A stretch of 64,000 nt of DNA from Marsupella aquatica (Eukaryota; Plantae; Marchantiophyta): positions 5,848,687 to 5,912,686 of the forward strand of contig OZ316895.1 of the NCBI GenBank assembly GCA_973895155.1. Reading direction: 5' to 3'. Within the stretch, counting starts at the first letter, position 1, and each line of letters begins with the position of its first letter. The notes beneath the pieces were generated by a model. That model was given only the letters and a program-made list of their open reading frames with translations, did not search any database and was not told the DNA's origin. A program made the translations under genes and the position numbers. Shown in pieces: positions 13,001-27,074 of the stretch.

Positions 13001-13452
13001 GGATATATCCCTTAGCCCCTCGTCATGTCGCGAAATCTATTTACTAGCGTAGTTGATAAGTTACGTGGAACTTAGTTCTTATTAAACTTAATCTTATGTG
13101 CACAGGGGCCATTATGAATATCTGCTTGTGCGGCTGGCATCGTCTCGCGTTTCATTTTATCAATTGAAATTGCTGCACGAAGGAAGAAAAGTCGAAATGG
13201 CTCTGAGAGAAAAGTGTATGGAGATATCCCAGCTTTCAAGTTGATATAGTTTTGGATTGAGTGTTAGGTTAACCCCGAGAAAGAGATTGTTCAGTGTGCA
13301 AGCAAGTTATGTCATTTCTGGAGTTGTTTGATTACTTCTTCGAAAAATTCTTGATCACTCTTGTTGTGCGTATAGCCTTGCTGATATTCATTTTCAAATC
13401 TTTGCAAGCAGGGTTCTTATCATTTCCGGGTTAAAAAAGGCCACTTGTGAGA

Positions 13453-14557
13453 ATGTACTCTCAGCTGTTACAAATGTCAGCGTCAATGCATGAAGAGCAA
13501 GGGCTGGAGGATGGAATCACCAGGCCTGTGGACAATGCCCAACCTGTTCAACAACAAGGTGAAACTGGCAAGAGGAAATCAAGAGTGAATTGGATTGAGA
13601 GGGAGTTATTGGTGCTCCAATCTGCACGACGAGAAGATATGCAACGCTATGCCCTCGGAGGCTCAAAGGCAAAGAAGCAAAAGACAGGGGACCAACGCTG
13701 GAAGGCAATAACAGAGGCTTGTCTGAGCGCAGGGGTGGAACGGACTGCCGCTCAATGCAAAGATAAGTGGGAAAGCTTGCATGCTGAATGGAAACGAATT
13801 TATGACTTCGAGAATGACATTCCACCGATGTCTGAATCATACTGGAATCTTACCAACAAGCAGAGGAAAGCACAAAGGCTGCCAACCTCTTTCTTCAATA
13901 GCGTGTACCACAGTATGGCAGCGTGGTGTGGTCAGTCTCTTGCAATAGACTCGGAGGATATTTTGATCGAGAATGCTCATCCTAGTGAACCAGGTGACTT
14001 ATCCTTACTTTCACCTCTAGGCCCTCCTGCACGTTATCAAGAATTTTATTTCTACTCGGATTTCGTTGAGAAAAAATGTTCCACCCTGAAGCTTGTTTGG
14101 GATGGCAGGAGCTACTTGCAAATCCACACCAACCACAAGTGAGAAGGGGGAGGAGTATGAACTAAATGAAGATCAAGGAAATGTCCAAGATGATATTTCA
14201 ACCTTACCGGTGAAATTGCACAGTAAAGATGAGCAATCTGCTGGTGTATCAATCGGTGGTCTGGAAGCCAAGCAAGGGCAACCGAAATCGATTCAGGACG
14301 TCCTACAAATGCTGGAGAAGAGCAACAGCTTGTTAGTAAGCGTCCTGGCATCTTCCGAGGAGCGAAAGGATGCCCGGCATGAAGAAGTAATGAAATTTGA
14401 GAGAGAAAAATATATGGAGGAAAGGGAGATGTCTAGAAGAAAGTTGGAATTGTCAGAGCAACTTGGCGTGGGATACATAAATGCTCTGCACAACATTGGG
14501 GAAAACATCAAGCTCCTTGGACAGGCCATCATGCAAGGCTCGAAAAATTTGAGTTAG
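13453..14557 (+). CDS. Trihelix / Myb-SANT-like DNA-binding protein (ASR3/SH4-like); exons ~13453-13993 and 14109-14557
   Basis: W-x-W-x-W trihelix (NWIERELLVL...RWKAITEAC...RTAAQCKDKWESL) plus the SYWNL...RK..RLP..F...VY motif. A GT-AG intron at 13994-14108 joins the two ORFs in phase and adds a C-terminal coiled coil. The start codon and any upstream exons are uncertain. Confidence 0.8.
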
Positions 14558-15623
14558 CATCGTGCCTTGTACAGTGACTGTTCTTCTCGAGTACGGACAA
14601 GGTTCGAACAATTTTGACAATTAAAGCATAGGGAACGAGTGTAAGTGTTATGAGTTTCCACAAGACATGGATACATGCCTTCCCTCGTTCGAGAGAACAA
14701 CTCCGAAGCAGATATAGCTGGATGAATCGAAGATTGAGGCAGGTCTGATCCCGTGATGGTAATTCTTCCATCAAGACTTGATCGAGACATGGAAGCAGGT
14801 GCATCTTTCCAATGCATCTTCTTAGTTGCAGGGCAACGTTTAAAACACTTAATTCACTCCTCGAATGAAGAGCAGTTCTGAGCAGCTTGCCATTGCATGC
14901 GGCTGGGTTTTTCATTCAAGACTTATAGATGAGGTCCTTACCTCGGCCTAGTGGCTAGGGTGGATTCGGTTTGGTCTCTTTTCTGCAAAGTTATTGCTTA
15001 GAATAGACGTAGTAGGTGCCTGGGCCGGTGTTCTCACTTCGTTTTCTTCATATGCTGGAATTGTTCTTTGTAAATTTATTGGTTATAACTCAAATAAACC
15101 AGCCCAGAGATCTAAGGAGAAGGCAAAAGACGTGGGGTGCAGGGCTGCTGGCTAACTTTGTGTACTTGTCATCAAAATTTGGTTATTTCGCAAATGCCTA
15201 ACTATGACTGGTGCTATCCTTTTGGCTTAACGGACACCCCAGCTACTGCATGTGAAGGAAAGTTGGCTTCTGATCATTTTCGTTTCGTGACTACTTCTGA
15301 AACGGGTGGCTATGAAGGAACTGCTCCTAAACAAATGAGTGCTCTAATTTTTGTTTACACTATTTCATCCCAACTAAAAGAGCGCATTACGCCAGAGTCA
15401 GGAGCTCAAGTTGATTTCACACCGTGTAGTCACCACATGAGGTCACTGGAACTCTGCAAGCCAGCTGTAGTAGTATTCGTAGCAAGCCGTTGTAGCAAGC
15501 CCCGGAGGAGCAAAAAATGCCCCCACCTTCTCAATCCTAGCCATGGCTGCTCAGTCACCCTTGGCCCCGCCCTCGGCGCTGCAGAAAATAGTTTATTTTG
15601 CTAAAAAAAAAAGGCAAAAAATC

Positions 15624-15763
15624 CAGGATTCACTGCATTCTTCTGACTGCCTGGAAACAAGGGATTCAAAGCATGCGTAAATAAGGGCTAAAACAGGATT
15701 CACTGTGTTCTTCTGATTCTGTAGAAATGAGGGATTCGAAGCATGCGTAAATAAGGGCTAAAA
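15624..15763. repeat. 70-bp tandem duplication
   Basis: caggattcactg...aagcatgcgtaaataagggctaaaa occurs twice. Confidence 0.85.
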
Positions 15764-16560
15764 CATGTCGCGACTCTGAGTGTTCGTTTGTGTAAACTGA
15801 AATGAGGCAGGAAAGCAGTGGCTGCAAAAGGTTGCTAATTTGTGAGGGGAAAGTCGGGCCCTTTTGGCTCCTCCCGTGCCTGCTACGACAGCCTGCCATG
15901 GGGAAGGGGGAGGGCAAAGGAGCTTTAAAGGGGGTTAACCCATAGACACTCACGCCTCGCCATGTGACAATGGGTACCCACTGTGAACTGTATACTAACT
16001 CATATACAGAATGGGGGGCATCGTGGCAAACAAATTTGTTTGGGGACAGGATCCTAAATTAGGACGGTTCAGGGGACAGCTTAGTAAAATGCTGTTTCCC
16101 CAAATATGCCCTTTGAAGAATGTGAAATGCATGGATATTCAAATCATGCAATTTGAACAATTATCCCATACCATTTTTTCCAAAATATGTGATGGTATCC
16201 AAATGGTTCCTATTACTCCAACTAAAACTCTTCCAATACCTACAGACTTATTAGGTGGATGAAACGAGTACATATTTGGTATAAGATCTACACAAGAACT
16301 ATCATGGTTGGCATGAAAGTGGGCAAATTTGGCAAAGATGCTAAATCTCCTTTTTGCCCTGACAAAATAATTTATAATTGGGACGCCATATTAGAGTGAT
16401 TTGGGATTCTTACATCTAACATTATGCTTGAACCTCGTTCTTTGTCTCCATTACCATTAGCGATTGGTTGGCTACCACACAGCACCCCTCAACATCTCTC
16501 CGGTGTATTCTTAAAAAATGCTAGCAAGGTGCCAAGAAGGTCTTTGATTAGATTTCTATT

Positions 16561-17670
16561 GATCCCAGGGTCCACAAAGTTGGGACGATTCTGAAGGGGG
16601 CAACAATCCAAAGGGCCCCCACAAAGTGGGGACAACCCAAAAGAGGAAACAAAAGGCAGGAGATCTAAGGGTCCACAAAGTGGGGACCATTAGAAAGGGA
16701 AAACAACTTGAAGGGCCCTCAAAGTGGCGGCAACCACAAAGCTGAAACAAGCCAAAGGCCTGAGATCCAAGGGCTCACAAAGTGGGGACCATCCAAGGGG
16801 GACATAGTCGAAAACGCCTGCATAGTGGGGATAACCGAAAAGAGAAAACAACCCAAAGCCCTGAGATCCCAAGTGTGCACAAAGTGGGGGTGGATTCACA
16901 CGGGGAAACAATCCAAAGGGCCTGCAAAGTGGGGATAACCCAAAAAGAGAAAACAGCCAAAGGCCTGAGATCCAAATGTTTACAAAGTGGGGATGATCCA
17001 AATGGGGAATCCAAGGGGCCCGCAAAGTGGGGACAACCCAAAAAGAGAAAACAAGCCAAGGGCCTGAGGTCCCAGGGTCCACAAGTGGGGCCAATCCAAA
17101 GGGGGAAACAATCCTAAGGGCTGTCTTGCATGTGCAAGAGTCCTGAAAAAAGCGACCCTTAGCAGCCCACCATGTGGGCAAAATACAATCAAGAAGAGTT
17201 TACGTGTGCCGTGCTTACTCAATCACATTTACTTCTTTGTCTTTGGCACCGCAAATTGTACAGGGCAGGATCCGCTGCAGTTTTGTTTTATTTGCAGTTC
17301 AAAGTTTGGGACCTCAAGGGCCGGAAAATTTCTGGCCCTTGCCCTTGCATATCCTCTAAAGCTGCCGTCACAACTGCCGGCCTGTCGTTGCATTTACAAA
17401 TGCCACAGGTTCAGTTTAGGGCCGGAACACAAAGGACTTGTCACATGCAAGACGGCCCTAAGGGCATGCAAAGTGGGGACGACCAATAAGAGAAAACAAG
17501 CCGGAGGCTTGAATTACAGGGTCTTCAAAGTGGAGACATCCAAAGGAGGAGAAAACCCAAAGGCTCCAGATCCGAGGGTATACTAATTGGGATGATCCAG
17601 AGGGGAAACAAGCCCAAGGGCCCGCAAAGGTGGGGACAACCAAAAAGAGAAAATAAGCCAAAGGCCTGAG
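16561..17670. repeat. Diverged minisatellite (~90-100-bp unit made of two caaagtgggga sub-repeats), interrupted by a MITE
   Basis: Recurrent units of the form ggcctgagatccc..ggtccacaaagtgggga..atccaaagggg.aaacaatccaaagggcc.gcaaagtggggacaacccaaaaagagaaa. Confidence 0.85.
17118..17458. mobile_element. Tourist-like (PIF/Harbinger) MITE, 341 bp
   Basis: TIRs GGGCTGTCTTGCATGTG... and ...CACATGCAAGACGGCCC, with TAA TSD at 17115-17117 and 17459-17461. Excision restores a satellite unit. Confidence 0.85.
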
Positions 17671-19454
17671 ATGTGAGATTGAAAGTCAAGTTGACTCAGG
17701 AAAGCTGGTCACAACCTTTTAATAGGGCGTGTGGTGGGTTCTTAGAGTGGGGAAGTGCGACGAGCATGTGTTGCCCTCAAGATGATTGGGCCTTCAAAAA
17801 GCTTTTAGAAAGGAAAAAGGGCAAACACGAACAACCATTTTTCACTTTGCTTGCCCCCAAACTGTCCCAACTATTAATAAGTTACCCCCACATGTACTGT
17901 TACGAAGTTGCTTCCATCACGAAATCCTACTGTAGGTGCACATTCTGATTGAGCGATGTTGGGGGTCCTTGCAAGGGGGCAACTTCTTAATTACACTACA
18001 GTAGTTTGCGGGGAAACTTAGCCATTTTGTGCCATTTTGGGGGTAACATATTAAAGTGGTAACGCATTGAACTGGTGGCAATTTGCTCGTTGGGCAGTCA
18101 TATCTCGTGCCTTTCTTATTTGGTACCTTTAGAATCTTCCAAAAAGAGGCCCATGTAGGGTCATGATTATGACCCACGCAACACACCCAAGATGCAAATC
18201 ACATAATTACATTGAACCAAGGCTTGAATCTTCTTCTGGCTGGGGGGCTTCCATGTGTTTTGTTTGTCCATTCCCTGGGGCTTCAATGCCTGTGGCAGCT
18301 CGCTGTCCTATTTTGGTTTTGGCTTATGAGCTATCTTCAAATCTATGGAAATCTGAAGTTAGTCTAACAAAAGTTTTGCAACTAGAAAAAATGTTCGCCC
18401 CCCTCCCCCCCCCCTCAACCCACACACGAGCAAAAGGTGTGAATCTTTCATAAGATTAGAATACAGAAAACGATTCAAAGAAATCAGGCTAGGAGCTGAA
18501 CAATAAAAGTGGATTTTGGGCCTCTCATGATGGTTGAGGCCCTGTCAATAGTCTAGTTGTACAATTGTAAACGATTAGGTTCCTTTTGGCCCTACGATGC
18601 ATGTTGGACTAAAGTTGACCATAATTATTTTTGAGGCTGGTTGTATCCCTCCCCAGCCCCTCCTTTTTCCTGATAGGCCCTTGCTACACATGGCTTCCAG
18701 CTGTTCACATCAGCTGTCTTTCCCGGTCTCTTTCCAGAAAACTAAAATTTGAGGGTGAATGCACTAGCGAGAACCTACTCCCCTTGAAACCCAACCCTCA
18801 GAAGGGCTTGTTATTGTAAGTAGGCAGAAAAAACTAAAGGTTTACGCAGCCTAGGTTTAAACCAGAGACTTCCCTCTTGCAAGTCATGAATCATAGCCAT
18901 GCAAGGCCATAGTTTGCCGCAAATACTTAATAACATGGCACGCTATGATTTCATTGGATTTTCTCTGTCTAAAACTCAATCCCCCACTGACTTTCCAATT
19001 CTCTTCCAATGCCCACCCCCTACTCCCTATGCCATAGTTAACAAATTTGAAACCTTGGTGTTGCCATATAAGAGTAATGCCACCAAAATTAGGAGAATGA
19101 TCAAAATGTTACAAACCCATTGGCACTGCCATGCATCCCCCCCTTCCCTAGAATGTCCATTGTAGTTGTGGTCAGGCAAGGCCCTTGTTTGGTGAGGGCA
19201 AAGTGAAGTATGGTCAGCAACAACCATCTTACTGCAATGAGTTTAACAATATAGTTATATACTCACATAACAATCCTCATTTGTTGGCATTAATTATTAC
19301 TTTCACAGGCAAAATAATCTGTACACAAACAGAGCTAGCCTTGCTTATTAACATAACATTAACATATCTAATTAAAAATCATTTTGCAAATTTTTCAATT
19401 CATATCGTTAAAATAGAATGCTTGTACTTTTGCATTTTCTACAGGACAAAGTAC

Positions 19455-20330
19455 TGAAGCAAGTTGGACGATGAACATCGTACAATGCTATATGAAGTAT
19501 GATTCCTGCATCATCACATTTGACTCACTGAGGCAAAGAAGATGAGGCTTTGAGCTTACCCTAAGGTTTTGTATCAAATAAACCTTAAGCACATTGACTA
19601 TCTACAAGAATAATATAGAATAGAATGTCAAATCTATTGAGGAATGATGCGGGAAATGATAATGAGATTCCTCTCTATAGAATGAATGGGTGCATCTCTA
19701 TATATAGTCTCCCCCGAGTTATCCTATACGGTAACTATGGTTAAGGTAACCATGGAGTCTAGTTAGGGTATAACACTCCCCCTTGGCTATATAGTGATAA
19801 CTATGTAGACAAAAAGTCTTCTAACTAGATTATCATGCTTATAAACATGGCATGATTTGAGTACAAATGAGGAAGGTACTGCCTCGTTAAAACCTTTAAC
19901 AGCTCTAAAAAAACTCTATCAGGGTAACATAGAAAATATATATATATATATATCTCGGCTCTAAAGGAAAAAGAGTACAGCCCTGTCGGTCCTCAAGTGA
20001 ATCCGGTGGTATGTGGAGTTAATTGTAACAACTCCACTCCGTCAAAATGAACAAGTTGTCGTATGCTCAACGACTCAACAACAACACGACATGTCTCCAA
20101 ATCGCTCACCATCGCGCATACATCCGCACATACATCCTCGCATCGAATACAAATTAAAACATATATGAAAAAATGATTAGTAATTAAGTTATTATCATAA
20201 AATCACTTGTCCGTGGCTCATCTGCGCAAAGTGTAAAGTATAATAATAAATAATGTCATCTCGTGCAACTGAGTGCGTAAAGTATGGGATGTAAAAAGTC
20301 CAAAAAATATGATCTCCCCCTCAAAACAAG
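19455..20330 (-). mobile_element. Remnant of another LTR retrotransposon (putative 3' LTR ~19455-19775 plus 3' internal region; copia, possibly Bianca-like)
   Basis: On the minus strand a PPT AAGGGGGAG (19776-19784) abuts TGTTATACCC. A TATA-like ctctatatata lies inside, and the gcctcgttaaaacct...ggaaaaagagtac motif recalls copia 3' internal regions. No second LTR or ORF is seen. Confidence 0.5.
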
Positions 20331-23300
20331 GTTTCGAGGAATATATTATTCTCGTAAAACTCAAACATCGAAACTCTCCCTTAGAGTTCAAGGACTCTAA
20401 TTAGATTCTTAAATAGAGGGTTCTTGTGCAAAATGCACAATTCGCAAGCGTGTGTAGTCAACACACAAAGAAATCTCTCAATCTTAGATTTCAAAAACAT
20501 GTAGTATCAAATAGTTTTTATGTGAAAAATAATCTGCAGCACCAAAGGGTGTGCATTCACAACACCAGCGGGTGTGTGTATAATATGGCACGTCTGCCCT
20601 ACACGTCTGCAGTTCTCATATTTTGACAAAAAGTGTCAAGTCAATATAACTTCACAAATAACCCTGTGGAATCCAAACATTCAGTCGAACGTCCATGTGT
20701 GTCATAGCACAGAAAAATGCTAGCTCAAAATGATTCGCTATCTTGCGGACTAGGTAAAGTGATATTCATAAACGTCAAATAACTCCGCATAAAAATAGTT
20801 TAGAGCTAGTGATAGTCAAAAGATCCCACTTAATGACCAAGTACCAAATGTACTCGTAGTGGGTAAATCAAGTGTGATTGGGGTTTGAGAAAATAAACTT
20901 TCTCCCCCTAAATATGCATTTTATGCATATATTATAGTTGAAAGCTAGAATTAAGTTGGACCGGACAAAGTCATGGGGTTTGCCCATATTAACCCCTCAT
21001 TACTCATTCTGATTTGAGTTTACTTTGGGTTTCTAAATATTCGCAGTTAAACCCCTAAAGGGTTACTGATTATCCGCTTTTGGATATGGCCGGAAACTAA
21101 GGTCATGGAACTAACCTGAAGTACTGTACCTTAGATTATTCTGGATCTTTCGTGAGAAACATATCTGCCATCGATCACTGGATCTCAGAAAATCTATACC
21201 TTACCAAAATACCCCAAAAACTAGGTCATAGAGCATGGTTAAAGGTATGGTATTAGTTCCATACTTAAAAACTATCATCCCACCGAACAATGGCTATAAA
21301 AGCTCTCGTTGGAGTTGTTTATGGTGTAAAGACCATGAGGATAAGACCCTTAAGTAAGATATTGGCCTAATGTAGGGTGTAAATGGGTGTAAACCCATGT
21401 CAATTGGTGTAAAAGTTATAAATGGTCAATTTACACACAAAAAGTGTATGGACCAAAGTTTACTCCCCCTGATGGTGTAAATTGGTGTAAACCAGTGTAA
21501 ATGCTATAAGCAAGTGTAATCTGGTGTAACCAGTGTAAACAAGTATAAACCCAATGTAAAGCATGGGATTATACAATGGTAAGACATACACCAGTGTAAC
21601 CTGGTGTCATGAGGTATAATCTAGAATGGTATCATTAGGTGTAAACTAGGGGTGTAAAATGGTGTAAAAACCATTTTGTGATTGAAGTGAATGTAACAAC
21701 CACTTTGTAAATGGAAAGTAGAGGTATTTGGTATAAAACCATTATTTCCAATGTGCAAAGTCAAGTAAGGGTGGTATGACATGTAAATATGTCAAATGCA
21801 TGTAAAGCATTTGTTGCACATGTAAGGCATGTTAATGTATGCAAATTCAACAAGTGACATGTAATTTCCCTAAACCAGTTGATGTGTTTACATGTGTAAA
21901 CTGTGTAAATTGCTGTATAAATTTGCAATGTGCACTTATCATTTTCCATTTCGGAGGGATGTCCTACACAGCACCGGGACCCCAGTCTATGGGGTTACAA
22001 AAGTCTATCCGAGAATTTGGCAAACATGGAGGTCCATCCAACTTCAAATTCCTAAACATAGCCCTTCAACAAATCCTTTCTTCTTTTTCATTCTTCCTTT
22101 TTTCCAATACAAGTCAAATGGCATGTTTGACCATTATTAGTTTGCACAATAAGGCAATAAGCAACATCTGGCAAGAGATGGTCCCACGTTCCCAATATCT
22201 CTCGTCATCGGCATTGGCCAGAACAAGGTGAGCTGACACAAGAGTCTAGTCCCTGACTCACAGGTGACCCCCAAGTGACTCCAAGTCCCCTCGTTTGCAT
22301 GGAAAGTGGATGACATGAATATGAGTCTTTGACCGGTACTCTTGTAGATATAGTTGACTGAGATTAAATATTTGCTAAAAGCAATAAAGTACTTACTTTA
22401 ATAAGTTGCATTCTTTATCAAAAAGCTACAGTACCATTGCTCGTCGAGTGGCCACAAATCTAGGAAACTTTAGAAACTTACTTTTGTGTATGGCTGGCTC
22501 GTTCTACTACATCATTGTTTTGTTTGATTAGAAAAATGAAAAGAAATGTACTTCGGAAAGTTTGTCTTGAAAAGAAATGGGGAGGAAATACAATTAAACT
22601 GCCCCCACCCCAATGTGACACTTTTTCCGGAGGGAACCCAGTCCAGGGTGAGCCCCAATGGATCCGACACGTACACGCACCAGGAAGGAGAGAGGATTAA
22701 ATCAGGGTTGCAAAGTGGACAACCAGGGCTGAGAAGATCATCAGAACTCCAATCCATTACCCACAAAACCCATCCCACCCATACACATATACTCTCCTGG
22801 GACCTCTCAGTTCCAAGCAAATCCCCTAGCCAATTGACCAATTGGTTACTTCTTGGGAAACTTGGAGTGTCTGTGACATATCTGATATTGGTGGCTAGTT
22901 CTACTAACTCACTATTTTGCTTTCTTTAGACATTTATAGAAGTGTATTTATTCTTTTGCATTGGAGAATGTTAAATGTTCCATAATTGATCAGGTGAGAA
23001 AAAGTCATTCTACTAACTCACTACTTTGTTTTATTAGAAACATTAAGAGAAGTGTATTTTTATTCTATTGCATTGGAGGATATTAGTGTTTCACAATATA
23101 GTTGGCCTGCCGTAAGACCATGCTATTTTAACTTATTGAGAATAAATCCATTGTACCCTATTTAGAGTACTGATAAGTTTAACTGGTTTATGAAATAAAA
23201 GCTATCCCATCCTTTAAAATCAACTTTAAAGTGAGGAGAGTTACCTTATGTTTTGGGTGACAGACAAGTACATTAAATGTCTATATAATAGCTAAATTCA

Positions 23301-24698
23301 AATTAATACAAAGTGAGAGCATAGACCAGACCATATGTATATAAAAATACTTAACTATCTCTTCTAATAAGACCAATTTAGGAAGAAGGTGTCCCGCCAA
23401 CCATATAGCAGTAGCAGTCTCAAATTGCATTAGAGTATATTCGATGTTTCTCAATTGATCAATATATTAAGAAAAAGTCATAAAACAGGAAAAACAATGA
23501 GATACATACTATAGTGATGAGTTGCTTCGCTGACCAGACTTTAAATCCTCAGGCTAGTGTATCTTCTTGCCCAGCTACGGCATTGGTCCCCCAATTTTTG
23601 GTCGTCATTGGCTTCTTTTAGCAACAAATGGCAGTTTCTCTGGGGACATTGCAGGGTGCAAGGAATTGAAGGGTGCAAGGAAACAGTAAAGAATTGACTC
23701 CACCCCTAATTTTTCTATATCCAACTGCCTTGCTAATAACAACCTGGTTGATAACATACATTTTTGGGACTACTATTTTTGCTAGCAACCTTGCTAGCCA
23801 TCTCAAGTCATAAAAAAACACAAAATATATAAAGGCGGCAAACATTTAGAGAAAACTAAACCATTAGTGTCTCACTAACAACACTCTCCTCACTAACAAA
23901 ATTCCTGTTTATTCAAATTATACAATGCCTTGTTCTCATTAGAGATCTCAGGCATTTTCTGTCCTTCTTTGGGCCAAGGCGGGTTGGTTTGGTTGACTCT
24001 CTGGCTTTGTAGTTATGTGTTCTTCCCTGTTTTGTTTCCCTTTAGGATCTCGTCTCTCACTATGACTCTTTATGTTCTTTGGCATATATATACAATTAGA
24101 TTTTTTTTACAAAGGCCTAGTGCCAAAGCTTTGGGTGTTTTAGAAGTTATGGTTGTGACTTGGTAGACACTAAAAGTTTGAAAAGGAAATAAAGAATATT
24201 CTAAGAGGGTTAAGTCTATAGTTCAAAAGTTAGGGGAAAAAGAATAAAGTCCCCTAACAAGAAAATTAATCTATAGAAATTCAGCCAAAAATACCTCTGA
24301 AGCAGGTCACCATATAGCAGGTCCATCCTTCAATTACTGTGCTAGGTACACCAGCTAGACCCAGAAAATCATGAAAGTTTAGGAACTTCCTCACTTTGTG
24401 ATATGAAACCCAAGTAAATGCAATAAATGGAGCCACTTCCTTCCAGAACACCTTAATGCAACATCAACAACTGGATTGTCACATGAGGGACATTATGTTT
24501 TGTATTAACAGCTTTTTACTAAACTACCCCCCAAACTGGTAGTTATTAAGATACTGCCCCCAAAACTAAAATATTTAGTATATTGCCCCCCAAACCGTAT
24601 CCCATCACTTTTAACCCGAGTACTTGACCACTGCTGTGTTCCGATTGGCCAAAAAGTAATCATAGTCGATGACCTAAGGTCAACCTTATTGCAATATA

Positions 24699-24723
24699 AG
24701 GTTTAGGGTTTAGGGTTTATGGG
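24699..24723 (+). repeat. Short interstitial plant telomere-like repeat (TTTAGGG)2-3
   Basis: aggtttagggtttagggtttatggg read directly from the sequence. Confidence 0.7.
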
Positions 24724-27074
24724 CGCAAGGGGAGGTTGGATCCAGAGTTGGTCAGCTTCTACTGTAGGTAGTTTTGCATTGTATAAACTTGGTATAAAAT
24801 ATGTGAATTCCTCTCTGTGTGTTTTGGATAAGGGCACAATGCGCCACACTTAGCAAGGCAGGGGGGAAAATCCACCAAAGCCCACTATGCGGCAGGGGGT
24901 AGGGCAGGACCTTAAAATCCTTTAATCCAAGGTTTTGTGAAGTTCATTCTGAGCCAAGGATGTGTCAATGTCACTGCTTGTTAGGGTTAACTCTTTGTCT
25001 TGGGTTAACCTCTCTTACTTAGTCAAACCGCATTAGGGACTTAAAGATGACTAGATGCAACTAGAGTGACTAGCATACAGAGGGGGAAGGGTGAGCTCCT
25101 CAGTGAGACATTTGCTCACTTGTGCGGGACCAAACTAAGAGCTAAGCTAGCAATCTTGGAGTTTTTACTTGGAGGCTTGGTGTGGCTATGGTGGCCAAAA
25201 CTTAGTAAAGCTCATGTATTCCTGTTGATGTAACTTTGACGAAGGTCACTTATTCATGGCGTCAGTGTGATCTTGCTTACTGGTTTCTCGTGTAAGCCGT
25301 TGATGGAATTCTCTACTTTTCTACTATTTTGCGACACATGACACCTTTCATCTCTGTTGTTCACTTTATGCAATTGTTAGTGAAATCTTTCATGATAACA
25401 AAGTGGGTTAATGGAATGAAATTCTTTCATGGGAAAAGACTTGTACTCGGTTCTCTTAATAGAATCTTGCATTATTGCTCTTAATCACATCTTAAGTGGC
25501 ATCTCTACTCTGTTTCACTCAATGTAATCTTAAGTTTAATCTTTAGTGTCTTAACACTCTCAATGGAACTTTAAGTGGAATTGACATGGAGCCCTGCCAC
25601 CCAAGCTAAAGATGGGGGAAAGGGTGGAACTCAAGGAAGGCCTGGGTGAAGAACAACAACCAGGGAACCACATACCTTTGTGCTGTTACTTACTATATTG
25701 TATTAAGTATAATACTCTTCCAATTAGTTGTCAATAGTGAATGTGAATTTCAGACGAGGGGTCCTCAGAAAGTCAAAATTAATTGGTGTGATAATTGGCA
25801 ACACTGAATTGTAGGACTCAATGGGCAATAATAAATGAGTTTCCGAGGACCCCTCATCCAGAAGTGCTTCCAGTAAATGCCTCTGTTGGCTGCAAGCCAG
25901 GACTTTGTTTGAGCACATCGAAATTAATGGTGAGCGAGAGCACACCAATCCAACAATAGAGCATTTAAAACAGGGCAGTAAGTGAGGCATGGCTAAGGCC
26001 ATGAAAAGATTCTATGATTGGACAAAAAACCTTATAGGCAACCTATATAAGTGTCCTGTAAAGGCAGGCGTCCAAAAGTAACCCCTCCTTATGGTTCTGC
26101 TTTGCCAAGTGCTGATGGGTTGGCAATAACAGCATTGAATTGGGGGACCCAATGGCCAACAATAAGTGAGAACCATTTCATGGAACCGACGTCCAGAATT
26201 GCTCCGAGTAAGTTTGTGTGGGGAGTCTAGGCCCTTAGCCCACAGACCCACAAATTTGTCCCACTGAATCGAAATTAATGGCGAGAGAGAATGAGAAGCG
26301 AATGGGAGAGCTGGAGAGAGCTGGAGAGAGCTCACCAATTCGTGCAGTTGCGCATGATTGATTGATTCCGTCCGTGTGCGGTTGCATTTCGTCAGCGTGG
26401 TCATGATGAGCCGGTCGAGAGAACAAAGCAGTAGTGAGGGAGAGATTCGGGACAGGAAGAGGAGGAGGAGGATGATGAAAGGACAGAGGAGAGGCAGAAA
26501 GCAAGCGAAGCATTATGGAGAGGGAAAGAGAGAGTCATGGGTCCGAATACTTGTTTCGGTTACGTAGAGCCAAACCTTTCTCGTCGGGATCGTCGTCGTC
26601 TACCGTTCTTGTTTCCATGCATCCGTAATTCGGTCTCTGTTCACTACTTCTCTGGTGGCGGAACATTTGTTTGGGCTTGGAGTTCGGATCACGCCATTCT
26701 TTGAATTTTCTTCTTCCTTCTGGGTTGGGTTTGAGTTCTTTCCTCCGATGACCACGCCGTGGACTAACGATCGCTGTCGTTTCTTGGCGTACAGGAGAAA
26801 GAAGGAGGAGGAGGAGGAGGAGGAGGTGGAGGGAGTCAGGGAAGATCCGTAGACTGATGAGTGCCGTTCGGAGCACTTGTATCGTTGGTGCTTGTTCTCT
26901 TCTGGAGAACAATGAAATCGGCATCTTAAAGAAAAGAGGAAGAGGGAGCGGCAGAAGAAGAAGAAGAAGAAGAAGATACATCGGGGTTAATGCTGTGTGA
27001 AGGTTGAAGGAAGAATTGAACAGAGGAAGAGGAGGAGGAGCAAGAGGAGGAGCAAGAGGAGGAGCTCGAAGAGA

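Noticed and set aside
10380-13400. Gene-like composition upstream of the trihelix gene
   Set aside because: No recognisable ORF, miRNA or snoRNA. It could be UTR or intron sequence but cannot be called.
13447-14557. Myb/SANT gene as part of an autonomous Harbinger transposon
   Set aside because: No DDE transposase ORF or flanking TIRs were found, and the motifs fit host trihelix factors.
14940-14975. tRNA/SINE A-box-like ggcctagtggctaggg
   Set aside because: No B-box or cloverleaf.
16561-17670. Repeat array as a CRISPR-like repeat-spacer system
   Set aside because: Units are homologous along their whole length with no unique spacers, the one unique insert is a Tourist-like MITE, and there are no cas genes.
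17835-18033. Mutator-like long TIR pair (similar motif at ~24510-24600)
   Set aside because: Arms are too diverged and no TSD is identifiable.
22614-22877. Possible small LTR (tgtgaca...tgtgaca) within a ~108-bp degenerate repeat
   Set aside because: The ends are direct rather than inverted and the flanks differ.
24963-25586. Possible solo LTR (TGTCAAT...ATTGACA)
   Set aside because: No TSD, no recognisable PBS and no second copy. It may be an old LTR but cannot be supported.
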